A model generated the notes under the pieces. The model saw nothing but the letters and a program-made list of their open reading frames with translations. It was not told the origin of the DNA and made no database searches. A stretch of 64,000 nucleotides of DNA from an uncultured archaeon (GTDB lineage Archaea > Thermoproteota > Nitrososphaeria > Nitrososphaerales > Gagatemarchaeaceae), in the NCBI GenBank assembly GCA_963817525.1, contig CAWFOU010000007.1:320001-384000 (forward strand), in the 5' to 3' direction. The position numbers and the translations under genes are program-made. Positions 10,940 through 19,991 of the stretch are shown here, piece by piece (within the stretch, counting starts at the first letter, position 1; each line of letters opens with the position of its first letter).

Positions 10940-11011
10940 CGATGTGTAGAAGTTGACTTCTACACATCGCCTAAATGTCGAAGTTCAGGTAGAAGATAAC
11001 TTCTACCTATC
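10940..11011. repeat. att site copy 2 with flanking palindromes
   Basis: Perfect 14-2-14 palindrome cgatgtgtagaagt-tg-acttctacacatcg (10940-10969), then ctaaatgtcgaagt (F-D-I-stop on the minus strand), then aggtagaag-ataa-cttctacct. Confidence 0.85.
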
Positions 11012-11193
11012 ACAGGTTAGCGTACAAATAAATGCCGAAAGCCTGGCTGTTGGATGATTCGAATGGAATATGTGAAGAAGCTTGTGGACGGGTGGATATC
11101 GGAGATCTACTTCACTTGGGTTCCTGACCGGCCAGATTGGAAGCAGGGCGAGGGTAAGACAGATTGAGAGATTCCTAGTTTGCCTGTCGACAA

Positions 11194-11607
11194 TCATGTC
11201 CACATGTTCTTGTCTTTTATTATCCGCAACAACTCCCTCTCCCGCTTTGTGATTGTCGTGGCGTTTAGGGTTGCGTATGTGTTCGAGCTGAACGTTCTAG
11301 CGTTGATTTCCAAGGGAGACACTTGACGGGGATTCAGAATCCTAGTCCTCTTAGCCGAGTACCGCAAGGTACCCAGCTGGCTATTCTCTCCCCTAGAGAG
11401 AATCGTCATGTTTCCTAACCTCTTAACCACGTCCGCGTGAACAAGCCCATTCTGAGCGAGATACCTATTCCAGGCTGGATTAGGGTGCTGGGGGACCAAA
11501 TGCTCCACCGTTCGCTTGTACTCCCAGGCCCTTCCGAGAGGATTTGCGATCGCGTCGTTAGCCCTCGTCCAAAGGTAGTTGGCTACCCTGGTGCTCACGT
11601 CATTCAT
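11194..11607 (-). CDS. DUF1524/GmrSD C-terminal-type HNH nuclease domain protein
   Basis: TVEHLVPQ...RLGNMTILSRGENSQLG..Y..K signature. Confidence 0.75.
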   Translation of the reverse strand: MNDVSTRVANYLWTRANDAIANPLGRAWEYKRTVEHLVPQHPNPAWNRYLAQNGLVHADVVKRLGNMTILSRGENSQLGTLRYSAKRTRILNPRQVSPLEINARTFSSNTYATLNATTITKRERELLRIIKDKNMWT

Positions 11608-11609
11608 CT

Positions 11610-13061
11610 CTACGACTTGTCAAGCATCTCTATGTACGTCCTTTCATCAGATTGCGAGAGTACCCTGCTGACAATGGAGAGATGAAGATACGTCAAGAGA
11701 ACTGACGCTAAATCTCCAGCATAGCTTTGCCACGCGTGAAGAGCGTGATCGGTAGTCGAAACGGGAGGATGGAATTCATCCCAGCCTTCGCCTCTATGAA
11801 CATGGGCGCTTCGGATGCTGTAGGCGTTGAGAAGGAGGTTTTCAGTGTCGTTCTCATCCACAGCCAAGGACTTGACAAGGTGAACTACCCTTTGGACAAA
11901 GACCTTCAGTCTATCAGACTCCGGAGTGAAGAAAGCTTCGAGAGCCTCGATTATGCGCTGTACCCTTGCCTCAGATGACTCATACGAGTCCAGTATTTCG
12001 ACATATCTGGAATACGCCAATGACAGAGGCGTTTGTCTCCCTTCATGCGGATACAGTCTGGTCGAGTAGTCCCTCGCGACTAGGGTTCTCATCAGGTCCA
12101 AGAACTGCGCATCCGACTTTGAAACCGAAAACGTACCGCGTGCCTCCTGCCATGAGCCGCCCTCCTTCCATTCATACCTGTAGACCGGCTCGGAGGACAG
12201 AGCGGGAAGATACAGTTCGACATGCTGGAAGCCGGTCTTGATGTTCGCATCGCTCTGCACAAGCCAAAGCGCGTGCCTCCAAGAACTCGCCGAACCGAAA
12301 GCTGGGCCAATGAGGAGATCAAATTCCCTCACGGACGAGTACATTCGAACATCAACGAAGTCCCGATAGCCGTACATTTCGTTCAGTTTTCCGGTGACGC
12401 CGCCTGACGCTTCGAGGACGGCCGAATCGTGGTACTCGGAAGGAAAGGGGACGTCCCTGAAAGACCTGTCGGCGAGAGGCTCGAAAACGTCGTGATAGTC
12501 GGACTTGAGGAGTCTGCGGAGAGCAACACCGGGAGAGATCTCAATCGATTCATCTTTGACGCTGATCCCTCTCAAACCGAATCTGGCGACGACTCGAAGA
12601 CTATCCTCCTGGAGGTCCCTCAAGAATCCGTCGACAAGTGGTTGAATATCCACCCAGCGATTCTTCAAAATCGCGGTCTCAATGTAGTATGCAAAGCAGA
12701 CTAGGTAGAGTCGCAGCGTCCCTTCGTCCCTGGACCGATTCTCCGCCTCGACCAGCTGTGAGAGCGCGGTAGTGAACTCAGGCCGATTTCGAATTATATT
12801 GAAAAGGCGCTCGATTTCTGCATCCGAGTAGCCGAGAGCAGGGTGGCCGCTCCAGTTGACTCTTGGAATCACGGTGTCTCCCAAGGTGAAGTCACCGTAA
12901 TAGTTCACGCGGAATAGCATGCCTTTGACCTGGTGAAGTAGCGGAGGCGACAGCCAAGCTTTGACATCGGATACCTCGATGAGCGCGTCGTCAATCAATA
13001 CTCCTACAGCACGTGCCAACTCAGAGAGGGCATCACGAGGAGCCATCTTTTCGGTCATCAT
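11610..13061 (-). CDS. Large HEPN-domain protein (ApeA-like architecture), putative defence RNase
   Basis: C-terminal IEALEAFF...AYSIRSAHVHRG (Rx4H HEPN motif). Confidence 0.7.
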   Translation of the reverse strand: MMTEKMAPRDALSELARAVGVLIDDALIEVSDVKAWLSPPLLHQVKGMLFRVNYYGDFTLGDTVIPRVNWSGHPALGYSDAEIERLFNIIRNRPEFTTALSQLVEAENRSRDEGTLRLYLVCFAYYIETAILKNRWVDIQPLVDGFLRDLQEDSLRVVARFGLRGISVKDESIEISPGVALRRLLKSDYHDVFEPLADRSFRDVPFPSEYHDSAVLEASGGVTGKLNEMYGYRDFVDVRMYSSVREFDLLIGPAFGSASSWRHALWLVQSDANIKTGFQHVELYLPALSSEPVYRYEWKEGGSWQEARGTFSVSKSDAQFLDLMRTLVARDYSTRLYPHEGRQTPLSLAYSRYVEILDSYESSEARVQRIIEALEAFFTPESDRLKVFVQRVVHLVKSLAVDENDTENLLLNAYSIRSAHVHRGEGWDEFHPPVSTTDHALHAWQSYAGDLASVLLTYLHLSIVSRVLSQSDERTYIEMLDKS

Positions 13062-13133
13062 TGAGACGCCTCAGAAGATATGCATTAGGCTATGCGCTTT
13101 GGTTCAGCGCCCTTCGGAAGTGAGCCTGCCTGC

Positions 13134-13991
13134 CTACCACTCATATTTTCCGCCACGGGCGAAGTATGCACTCGAGCTGACGATACCCGATAGACCAGAT
13201 TCCAGAACTGCTTCAAACGGGATGTACTTGTACTGATGGTCGCTGTTCTGAATCACGCTGCCGCTAGGTGCGAGCATGAAGTAGGAATCGACCATGTCCT
13301 CACTGGATTCGAAGGTCGGGGGCTGACCTGATTCTAACAGCATTCCGCCGTTGATTCGCCTGAAAGTTTCGAATTCTTCTCTAGTTGGCGCTAGTTCATT
13401 CGGATGCGAGTCGTTCTGACCGTGGATGACCAGCATCTGGAAGACCTTCCACCTGATTGGGCGCAATTCGGCAATCAATGGGCGCATGTCCTCGTCGAAG
13501 TTAAGCTTCGTAACGACGGTGTTGATCTTCAGCTTGACTCTAGCTCTCCTTATCGAAGCGCACGCACGTTTCGCATTCGCTATGTGCCCTCCGCGCCCCC
13601 TTCCTAGGGCCTCTTCTACACCTCCCCTGCCGGAGTCAACCGATACTCCTATCCAGTCGACCCATGGTCTGAGCTCATCCAGCCTTTCGTCTGAAAGAAG
13701 TGATGCGTTGGTGACGATACTGACAGTTAGGCCGGTCTCCTTGGCGAAGGCAGCGAAATCCCTCAAGTTTGGATGCAGCAACGGCTCGCCGCCAACAAAG
13801 TTCAGTTTGGTTATCCCCAACGACTTGAGGCCGGAGATGACGAATCTTCCGCGGTCAAGGTTCGCCTCGGCCTCGGGGAGCTTCTTCATGAAGCAGAATC
13901 TGCACGAGTAGTTGCAACGGTCAGTTAGGTGCCAGTTAGCCGACTCCACTTTGGAGCATTCCGCCTTCTCCGGCCTAGTTACTGAATCCAC
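13134..13991 (-). CDS. Prokaryotic viperin (antiviral radical SAM, ddhNTP synthase)
   Basis: SANWHLTDRCNYSCRFCF, KLNFVGGEPLL, SIVTNAS, KINTVV, RWKVFQML...GQND, MVDSYFML and terminal RGGKYEW. Confidence 0.92.
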   Translation of the reverse strand: MDSVTRPEKAECSKVESANWHLTDRCNYSCRFCFMKKLPEAEANLDRGRFVISGLKSLGITKLNFVGGEPLLHPNLRDFAAFAKETGLTVSIVTNASLLSDERLDELRPWVDWIGVSVDSGRGGVEEALGRGRGGHIANAKRACASIRRARVKLKINTVVTKLNFDEDMRPLIAELRPIRWKVFQMLVIHGQNDSHPNELAPTREEFETFRRINGGMLLESGQPPTFESSEDMVDSYFMLAPSGSVIQNSDHQYKYIPFEAVLESGLSGIVSSSAYFARGGKYEW

Positions 13992-14057
13992 GGATTGTCT
14001 CCTTGTCGAAAACTATTTAGAATCTGTCATTGAAAGTCAAATGGGAGTTTTTATCAA

Positions 14058-14740
14058 ATGTCGACCCACATAGCCTTGCTGGGGAGAAGCGAGGAGCCGG
14101 TTCTCAAGGGATACCAGCACTACGGCGACATCAGAAGGCTGTACCTTCTTCACAGCCCGGATTCGAGCGATTTCAAGTTCAAGGACCTGGCATCCAGCCT
14201 AAAGACGAAGTTAGAGGCTGTTGGCTTCAAGGCGTAGTGTTAAGGGAGGTGAACGCGTTCGACATGAACGACGTCGTCAACGCCGTAATCCATGTCGTAG
14301 ACCATGAGGATCCGCCATACTTTGTGAACATCACCGGGGGCACAAACCTCATGGCTGGAGCGGCGACCGCTGCCGCATTCTTCATAGGCGCAAGAGCGTA
14401 CTACGTCTCAGGAAAGAGAGGAAGCGACCTGGCCGAGGCACATGTAATCGAGCTGCCCGTCCCGAACATACCCTACTATAGGAGCGTCGACAGGACTCAG
14501 CTTCGAGTCCTGAGAGCCTTAGAGAGCCTTGGAGGAAGGGCCGGCAATCCACGGCTCAAGGAGTCGCTCGGAATTTCCGCCCAGAGTCTTAGTTACCACA
14601 TCAAGGAATTGGTCAAGAAGGGATTGGTGAGCGTCACTCGAGGGCAGGAGGCGAGATCGGATGGTTCGACGGTCGATAACAGGATTGTCTTCGTCGAGAT
14701 CACCAATGCCGGAAAGCTCGTGTCAAGCTGGAGTTCTTGA
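14058..14740 (+). CDS. CARF-domain/winged-HTH transcription regulator (Csa3/DUF6293-like), frameshifted at about 14230
   Basis: From ATG 14058: MSTHIALLGRSEEPVLKG...RRLYLLHS (CARF strand 1); continues as GVVLREVNAFD...VNITGGTNLMA; C-terminal wHTH LGISAQSLSYHIKELVKKGLV...ITNAGK. Confidence 0.8.
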
Positions 14741-14922
14741 ATCGACCGAGCGATCCTAAGGGAGCGGAAGGTCCGGATGCACAGGTTGTCACGATGCGGT
14801 GATGGTCAAAATGAGGGGTTTGCTTAGTAATAAAAAAGGGTGCGGCGCCGTGGGCGGCTGAGCATCATTGGACAGCTTGAAACTGTCGCGACAACGCCGT
14901 GACAGTAGAAGGACAACTTGCG

Positions 14923-16068
14923 TCAAAGCAGTTGGAGAGCCATTTCCAGCGTCTCCTTGCACGCCTTCTTTGCCTGTGGGTCGTTCTCCATCAACATCAA
15001 AGGCGTGGTGAGCCCGCTGAACTCCTTTAACTCCTCCTTCGACACCACCTTCGCCCAGATCCTCCCGTTGGTGAAGTTCAGGACGAACAGGATCAGGGGG
15101 ACGCCCAACTTCAACGCCAGCCGCAACTCCGCGAGCACCTTCCTCCTCGGTATCCACCTCTGCCTCGTCCCGTCCTCCCTTAGCGTGAGGGCCTTGAACG
15201 CGCCGACTCCCCTGGGGTTCCGCGTCCCCGGAGCATAGAAGACGTAATCCGGAGTCCCTTCCTTTATGCTGTTGTCGATCAGCTTCCCAGCTCCACGGAG
15301 GATCTCCTCGCAGAACCTCAGCTGGGCATTGTTGCCCCTCTCCCTGTTCGCCCGCCCGTCCTCCGTGGTGAGTCGCCTGTGCCCTATCGCGATGCCCTCC
15401 TTCTCTGCTGTAGCCACCGCGCCCGCCTCTGCGGTCCCGGCTCTTGCCGAGCTGCCGCCGGGGCTGTCGTCATCAATCCCATCCTCCTCTGGAGCGGAGG
15501 CACCCTCCGCCAGGAGTTCGTCTATTTCATCCTGGAGGATCGAGGCCCTCTCGACGAGCGACTCCAGCTTGTTCGAGACGAGGTAGATCGTCGCCGCGTC
15601 GTTTCGGTGCGCCTCGGCCAACTCCTCGTAGCGGCTGGTTATCTGGCCCATGTCCTTCTTCGTGTGCTCTATCCAGTCGAAGACCGACTCGCTCGACCTC
15701 CTTGTCGCATCGCTCGCCTTCTTCATGGCGTCGAGGGTCTGCGGCGCCTTCTGGTTCCACTGCTCGATGGAGGTCTTCAACGCGTCCGCGATCCCCTCGA
15801 TCTTGCCGAGCTTCTCCCCCATCGGAGCGAGGGTCTCCGCGGTCCGCCTCTCCACGAGCTCCACGGTGTCCACCCTCTCCGACTGGACGCGCCCGGAGTA
15901 CTCGAGCATCGAGTGATAGAGACTCCAAGAGCAGACCCAGACGAAAGCGAGCAGCGCGCTCCAGACGGCTGTGAGGAAGGCCCCTTCGAACGCGGGAACG
16001 TCCTGGCTGACCTGGACGACGAGGACCCCCAGGATTGTCGACCCAATGAGAGAAAGCAGGGAGACCAC
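14923..16068 (-). CDS. Membrane-anchored coiled-coil protein with a C-terminal restriction-endonuclease-like domain
   Basis: 2 N-terminal TM, long coiled coil, acidic linker, then GNNAQ...GTPDYVFY...GAFKA resembling PD-(D/E)xK. Confidence 0.5.
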   Translation of the reverse strand: MVSLLSLIGSTILGVLVVQVSQDVPAFEGAFLTAVWSALLAFVWVCSWSLYHSMLEYSGRVQSERVDTVELVERRTAETLAPMGEKLGKIEGIADALKTSIEQWNQKAPQTLDAMKKASDATRRSSESVFDWIEHTKKDMGQITSRYEELAEAHRNDAATIYLVSNKLESLVERASILQDEIDELLAEGASAPEEDGIDDDSPGGSSARAGTAEAGAVATAEKEGIAIGHRRLTTEDGRANRERGNNAQLRFCEEILRGAGKLIDNSIKEGTPDYVFYAPGTRNPRGVGAFKALTLREDGTRQRWIPRRKVLAELRLALKLGVPLILFVLNFTNGRIWAKVVSKEELKEFSGLTTPLMLMENDPQAKKACKETLEMALQLL

Positions 16069-16084
16069 CGCAGTCGCCTCCCCG

Positions 16085-16186
16085 TCATGTCTTGCTCCTT
16101 CGCGCTATGTTCGTGAAGCCGTCGAGGATTAGGTAGGCGGCCTCGGACAGGGCGGTCAAGCCCAGGAGCAGGTCAGTGGCGTCCAC
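16085..16186 (-). CDS. 33-aa hydrophobic microprotein
   Basis: GTG-start MDATDLLLGLTALSEAAYLILDGFTNIARRSKT fills the gap between two same-strand genes and overlaps the upstream stop. Confidence 0.4.
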   Translation of the reverse strand: MDATDLLLGLTALSEAAYLILDGFTNIARRSKT

Positions 16187-16394
16187 TGTCTCTCAGGTCC
16201 TCCTCCAACTCAAGAAGCTGCAGCCAGACGCTTAGCTTCCCCACGAACTCGGAGGCAGGGATGGTCTCTTGCTCGCTCTCGAGCACTTTCCGTAGTGTCG
16301 AGTCAGCACTCAGGCTGGTCGTGGCCCATTCCTTGATCTGGCGGATGTTCACGAGTGCAGCAGGCCCATCCTGCAGCGCTAGTTTACCTACCAT
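16173..16394 (-). CDS. Small hypothetical protein of the element
   Basis: 73-aa ORF about 27 bp from the palindromic TATA box CTTATAAG. Confidence 0.6.
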   Translation of the reverse strand: MVGKLALQDGPAALVNIRQIKEWATTSLSADSTLRKVLESEQETIPASEFVGKLSVWLQLLELEEDLRDSGRH

Positions 16395-16449
16395 GCTGGT
16401 AGGAAGAGGCCTGCGGCAACCTTATAAGCCTTCCTACGCAGTAGGTAGG
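16387..16449. promoter_or_regulatory. Divergent promoter with a palindromic TATA box and CCTAC/GTAGG operators
   Basis: CCTACC-N5-GGTAGG (16387-16403), CTTATAAG (16421-16428) and CCTAC-N3-GTAGG (16433-16445). Confidence 0.6.
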
Positions 16450-16453
16450 CGAG

Positions 16454-17139
16454 ATGCCGGACGTCACGGTCAAGGTCTCGGTCTGGAGTTGCTCGAGAAA
16501 GAGCCCAGGCGCTACTCCGAGTTGGTTCGAGACCTAGGAAGGCCTGACAAGACGGTCTATGTCGCTTTGACGGGGCTGGCCGAGTCGAGATTCATTTTGA
16601 AGGACGAACAAGGCAAGTACGGTCTCACGGACGCGGGAAGGCGTGAGCTCGAGCGGATCAGGTTCGTCAGGGTCGCTGCTGAGGAAGACGACCTCACGAT
16701 CATAACGAACACGCGGTTAGCCATAGCGCTTGGACGGTCCGACGACCTCCTGTTCGACCTTCGCTATCTCCTATCCAGGACGTTCAAGGGCTTGGACGAC
16801 GAAGACAGAAGCAGAGTCAGAGAGAAGCTGGTTGTCATAAGGAACTTGTTGCTGAAGTACAACCCCTCGCTGAAGAGGGAGGAGCTCGAAAGGGGCGAGA
16901 GCAAGGGGACCGAGATCCGCCTCACGGAGCTGCTCAGCGGGGGGATTCTGTGGGAGAAGCGGTTCATAAAGTGGGGGCTGAAAGACCGATACCTGCACCT
17001 TCTCAATCTGGCAAAAGAGCTTCCGGAGGGTCCTGCCAAGGATGAGATATCCGGCTCTCTGGCCTTGTTTAGAGAGGTCGCCGGGAAACTGGATACGAGC
17101 CTAGGAGAGTTGGGTCCTCCGGCTGAGTCCGCCACGTGA
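16454..17139 (+). CDS. Winged-HTH DNA-binding protein (probable element repressor); N-terminus appears frameshifted
   Basis: LELLEKEPRRYSELVRDLGRPDKTVYVALTGL...YGLTDAGR; the nearest ATG (16454) is out of frame. Confidence 0.7.
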
Positions 17140-17361
17140 CAAATCGGGCTTTCGGCAATTGCGGCACATCTCCATCGACTCCAAAAGCAAGGAGTTCGGG
17201 CATTGAGACTTGGCTCATAGCGCTCGGGACGTCTTTTCCACGCTCAGGCGGACTGTGCCCAAACTCGAAAGAACCCCCTGTCTACTTGCTAGTTTTGGGC
17301 GCTCTTGGTTTGGGCAATACCTTGAATAGAAGAGTGTTCTAGCGCTAAGTGCGGTTCCCCT

Positions 17362-18201
17362 GTGAATCGACGCGGGTTTCCGCTAACTGGGATTGTAATC
17401 TTTCTCTATCTGATAGTCGTAATCCTCCTCCTCACTCAGGACGGCCAGATCGCTTGGAGATGGCTCCCAATCACCTACAGCGCCACGAAGGGTCATATCG
17501 AGATCATCATCACGTATTTGGTCATCCTTGCTTTAGCACTCATCTTCTGCAGGCTCGAAGGAGTTCGCGTTAGACTTGCCCGCCGGGCTGATGCTAAACC
17601 AGCCCTCGCTGTCCTCGCTTCAACGCTCGGAGGGGTGGTAATCTTGGCACTGTTGAATCCTGCCGTGATTTCAGGTTCTGACTATCTAGACGGCGCTCTG
17701 ACAGTCGTTCAACTTGTGGTGGTGGTCGGATGTGTTGAGGAATTCGCCTTCCGTGGTTACATCCAAGGAAAGTTGCTCTTGATCTCTCCGCCCTCAGCGA
17801 CTGGATCGGGGATCCCAAGGGCCGTTTTCATTTCAGCCGCATTCTTCGCGCTGATGCATGCAATCGTCGACTTCCTTAGTTCGCCTGCAACAGCCGTTGA
17901 CGGACTCGTGATTCAGTTCATGGGCGGCCTGTTTTTCGGGCTGATTTACTACATGTCCGGGTCGCTTCTGCTATCAATTCTATCGCATGGGTTCTATGAC
18001 TTAGGAGGGAGCATACTGTCCGGCCGGCAGGAGATCTACTCTGCTCCGCCGTTGGAGACCTTTGTTCTCTATCTGGCGGAATTCCTCATCCCCACCATAA
18101 TCTGCTATTACGCCTATAATCGGACTGCTATCCGAGAGGAGAATTCGAGTCCTGGAGTGACTAGGAATACCGCGAATGGCCTCGGTTCCGAGGTGCCTTA
18201 G
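17362..18201 (+). CDS. CPBP/CAAX (Abi-family) intramembrane metalloprotease
   Basis: EEFAFRG, FALMH and SHGFYD motifs; multiple TM. Confidence 0.88.
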   Translation: MNRRGFPLTGIVIFLYLIVVILLLTQDGQIAWRWLPITYSATKGHIEIIITYLVILALALIFCRLEGVRVRLARRADAKPALAVLASTLGGVVILALLNPAVISGSDYLDGALTVVQLVVVVGCVEEFAFRGYIQGKLLLISPPSATGSGIPRAVFISAAFFALMHAIVDFLSSPATAVDGLVIQFMGGLFFGLIYYMSGSLLLSILSHGFYDLGGSILSGRQEIYSAPPLETFVLYLAEFLIPTIICYYAYNRTAIREENSSPGVTRNTANGLGSEVP

Positions 18202-18319
18202 ATGGAGGGCGGGGCTACCAAGTTTGGACCACTCTGCCTGAATGCGGCAGCGGTTACCTGATGTTCATGGAAGGTCAGAAGGAACTAGAATGCAGTTCTT
18301 GCGCGGCTAAACTCCCCCT

Positions 18320-19048
18320 TCAAGCGCGACTCATTCGTTTCAGTTGCTTGGGATAATGGCCTGCCATCGTAGCAACCAATCCGAGGATAAGGAAGGCAAC
18401 GAGGCCAAGATATGCTTGGGGAAACTCAGGTGCTGTTGTGCTGTTCGCACAGTTGCCAAGAAGATCGCAGTTCGTGGCTTCCCATGCCTGCCAACCCTCC
18501 TTCAGTAGGAATCCTCCTTGTTGGCCGACGTAAGCCGTGATTGATGCCTCTACGGACAGGAGGCAAATCGTGTCGCAGTAGTGGACGGCCACATCGATTA
18601 TGCCGGGGAGGTATTCGATTGCTCCGTCTCCCAGAACGAGAATGGTTATGTCTCCTGCCAGTATCAAAGCGGCTCCTAGGAAGTTGCACGCCGAGTCTGG
18701 ATTGGTGGCATTGACTTCGGCAGAATAAGTCAGGAAGTCGTTGAATGGACCAGTGAGGGTAGTGATCTTGTTCAGGTCGTCGCCGTTCAAGAGGGGGACT
18801 TTCAGCTGCAGAGTTCCATTGATAGCGGGGATGACAGCGTTGATCTCTTGGGCGATTGCCTGTGCTGAGGTGTTGTTGGTGACATTTGTAAGACCGAGCT
18901 GATTAACTTGGCCGGAGAGAGTCAAGGCGAATGGCATGGCTTGCGATGGGCATGACGATGTGGTTTCCTGGCCCTCCGCCTTGGGAGCAGCGGCGGGGAC
19001 CGCGAACGATAGGAGAATCATCGCAGCCAGCACGAGATTAGTTCTCAA
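18320..19048 (-). CDS. Secreted Cys-rich protein with a PEF-CTERM-like sorting signal
   Basis: Signal peptide; C-terminal TTAPEFPQ followed by a TM helix and a basic tail. Confidence 0.7.
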   Translation of the reverse strand: MRTNLVLAAMILLSFAVPAAAPKAEGQETTSSCPSQAMPFALTLSGQVNQLGLTNVTNNTSAQAIAQEINAVIPAINGTLQLKVPLLNGDDLNKITTLTGPFNDFLTYSAEVNATNPDSACNFLGAALILAGDITILVLGDGAIEYLPGIIDVAVHYCDTICLLSVEASITAYVGQQGGFLLKEGWQAWEATNCDLLGNCANSTTAPEFPQAYLGLVAFLILGLVATMAGHYPKQLKRMSRA

Positions 19049-19267
19049 CTACCTAACTTCTTTACAGGTTTTTGAGCCCCCCGCCCTTAACAGTTTGGCT
19101 GATGCGAAGCCGTTTAATATCGAGAAAATGCTTACACTTAGAAATGCCTCGGTAGGATAACCACGGTGCAGCCCGCCCAAACCGCCAAGGAACTCCTCTG
19201 TCTAGCTGCTAGTTTGGGGGCTGCTTCTACTACGTAACATGTTCCGCTTCTATTCCCCGATGAATTA

Positions 19268-19797
19268 TTAGCAGATTGAATAGCCAGGTGTAGTGGTCGT
19301 ATCAACTTCAGAGGTTTGACCGTTCGCGAATGTTCCGATTAGACGCACTGAATATGGAAGTCCGCCGCTTAGATCCGAGCAGGTAATTATTCCAGCCACT
19401 GAACAAGGAAGATAATGATTGGGCAGAACGTTCAAACTACAGGTCCCAACCAGGTCCCATCAACGTAGCCCGTCACTTGATTCAGAGTCTCTTGATCACC
19501 GTCCGTTATCGTCATGCCCAATGTGAAATTCGTCATCTCAGCGCAACCATTGGCGTTGTAGGAGAGACAATCAGCAATCTCGACCGTGGTAACAACACCT
19601 GCGCTAAAGGTCGGCTTTGGTGCGGCTAACGCAGTAATTTCCTGAATGCTCGGAAGCCCCTTCCCTTGGGCAGTGTTATGGCTTCTGAAATAGAGGACGA
19701 ACCCGCCTGTCACGGCTGCCGCAGCGATGATAACGAGAAGGGTAATTGCCACCACCTTTCCCGAGACCCCCCCAGCCTTTTCCGGCTCTAGTTCCAA
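19268..19797 (-). CDS. Membrane-anchored surface/pilin-like protein, frameshifted at about 19445
   Basis: KAGGVSGKVVAITLLVII N-terminus; after one missing G it continues LGTCSLNVLP...YSVRLIGTFANGQTS...YSIC to TAA at 19268. Confidence 0.6.
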
Positions 19798-19991
19798 ATC
19801 TTGCCGTTCTGTTTCAAGATGTTGCGATTATTAGGTGATGTGGATTTCAAATCGATGTTTTGACCTCGATTAGGGATGTGACAAGGGCACCCCGGCCTGA
19901 GTTAGGTCTGAATCGAACATTGTTTTTCACTAGCCGTTGCCCGTGGTTTTGGGCACTAGGTTAAATCGGGTTTCTGATTTGAGTTGGGACA

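Noticed and set aside
11003-11203. 66-aa ORF downstream of the HNH gene as a fifth system component
   Set aside because: It has no recognisable motif and runs into the att arm; probably spurious
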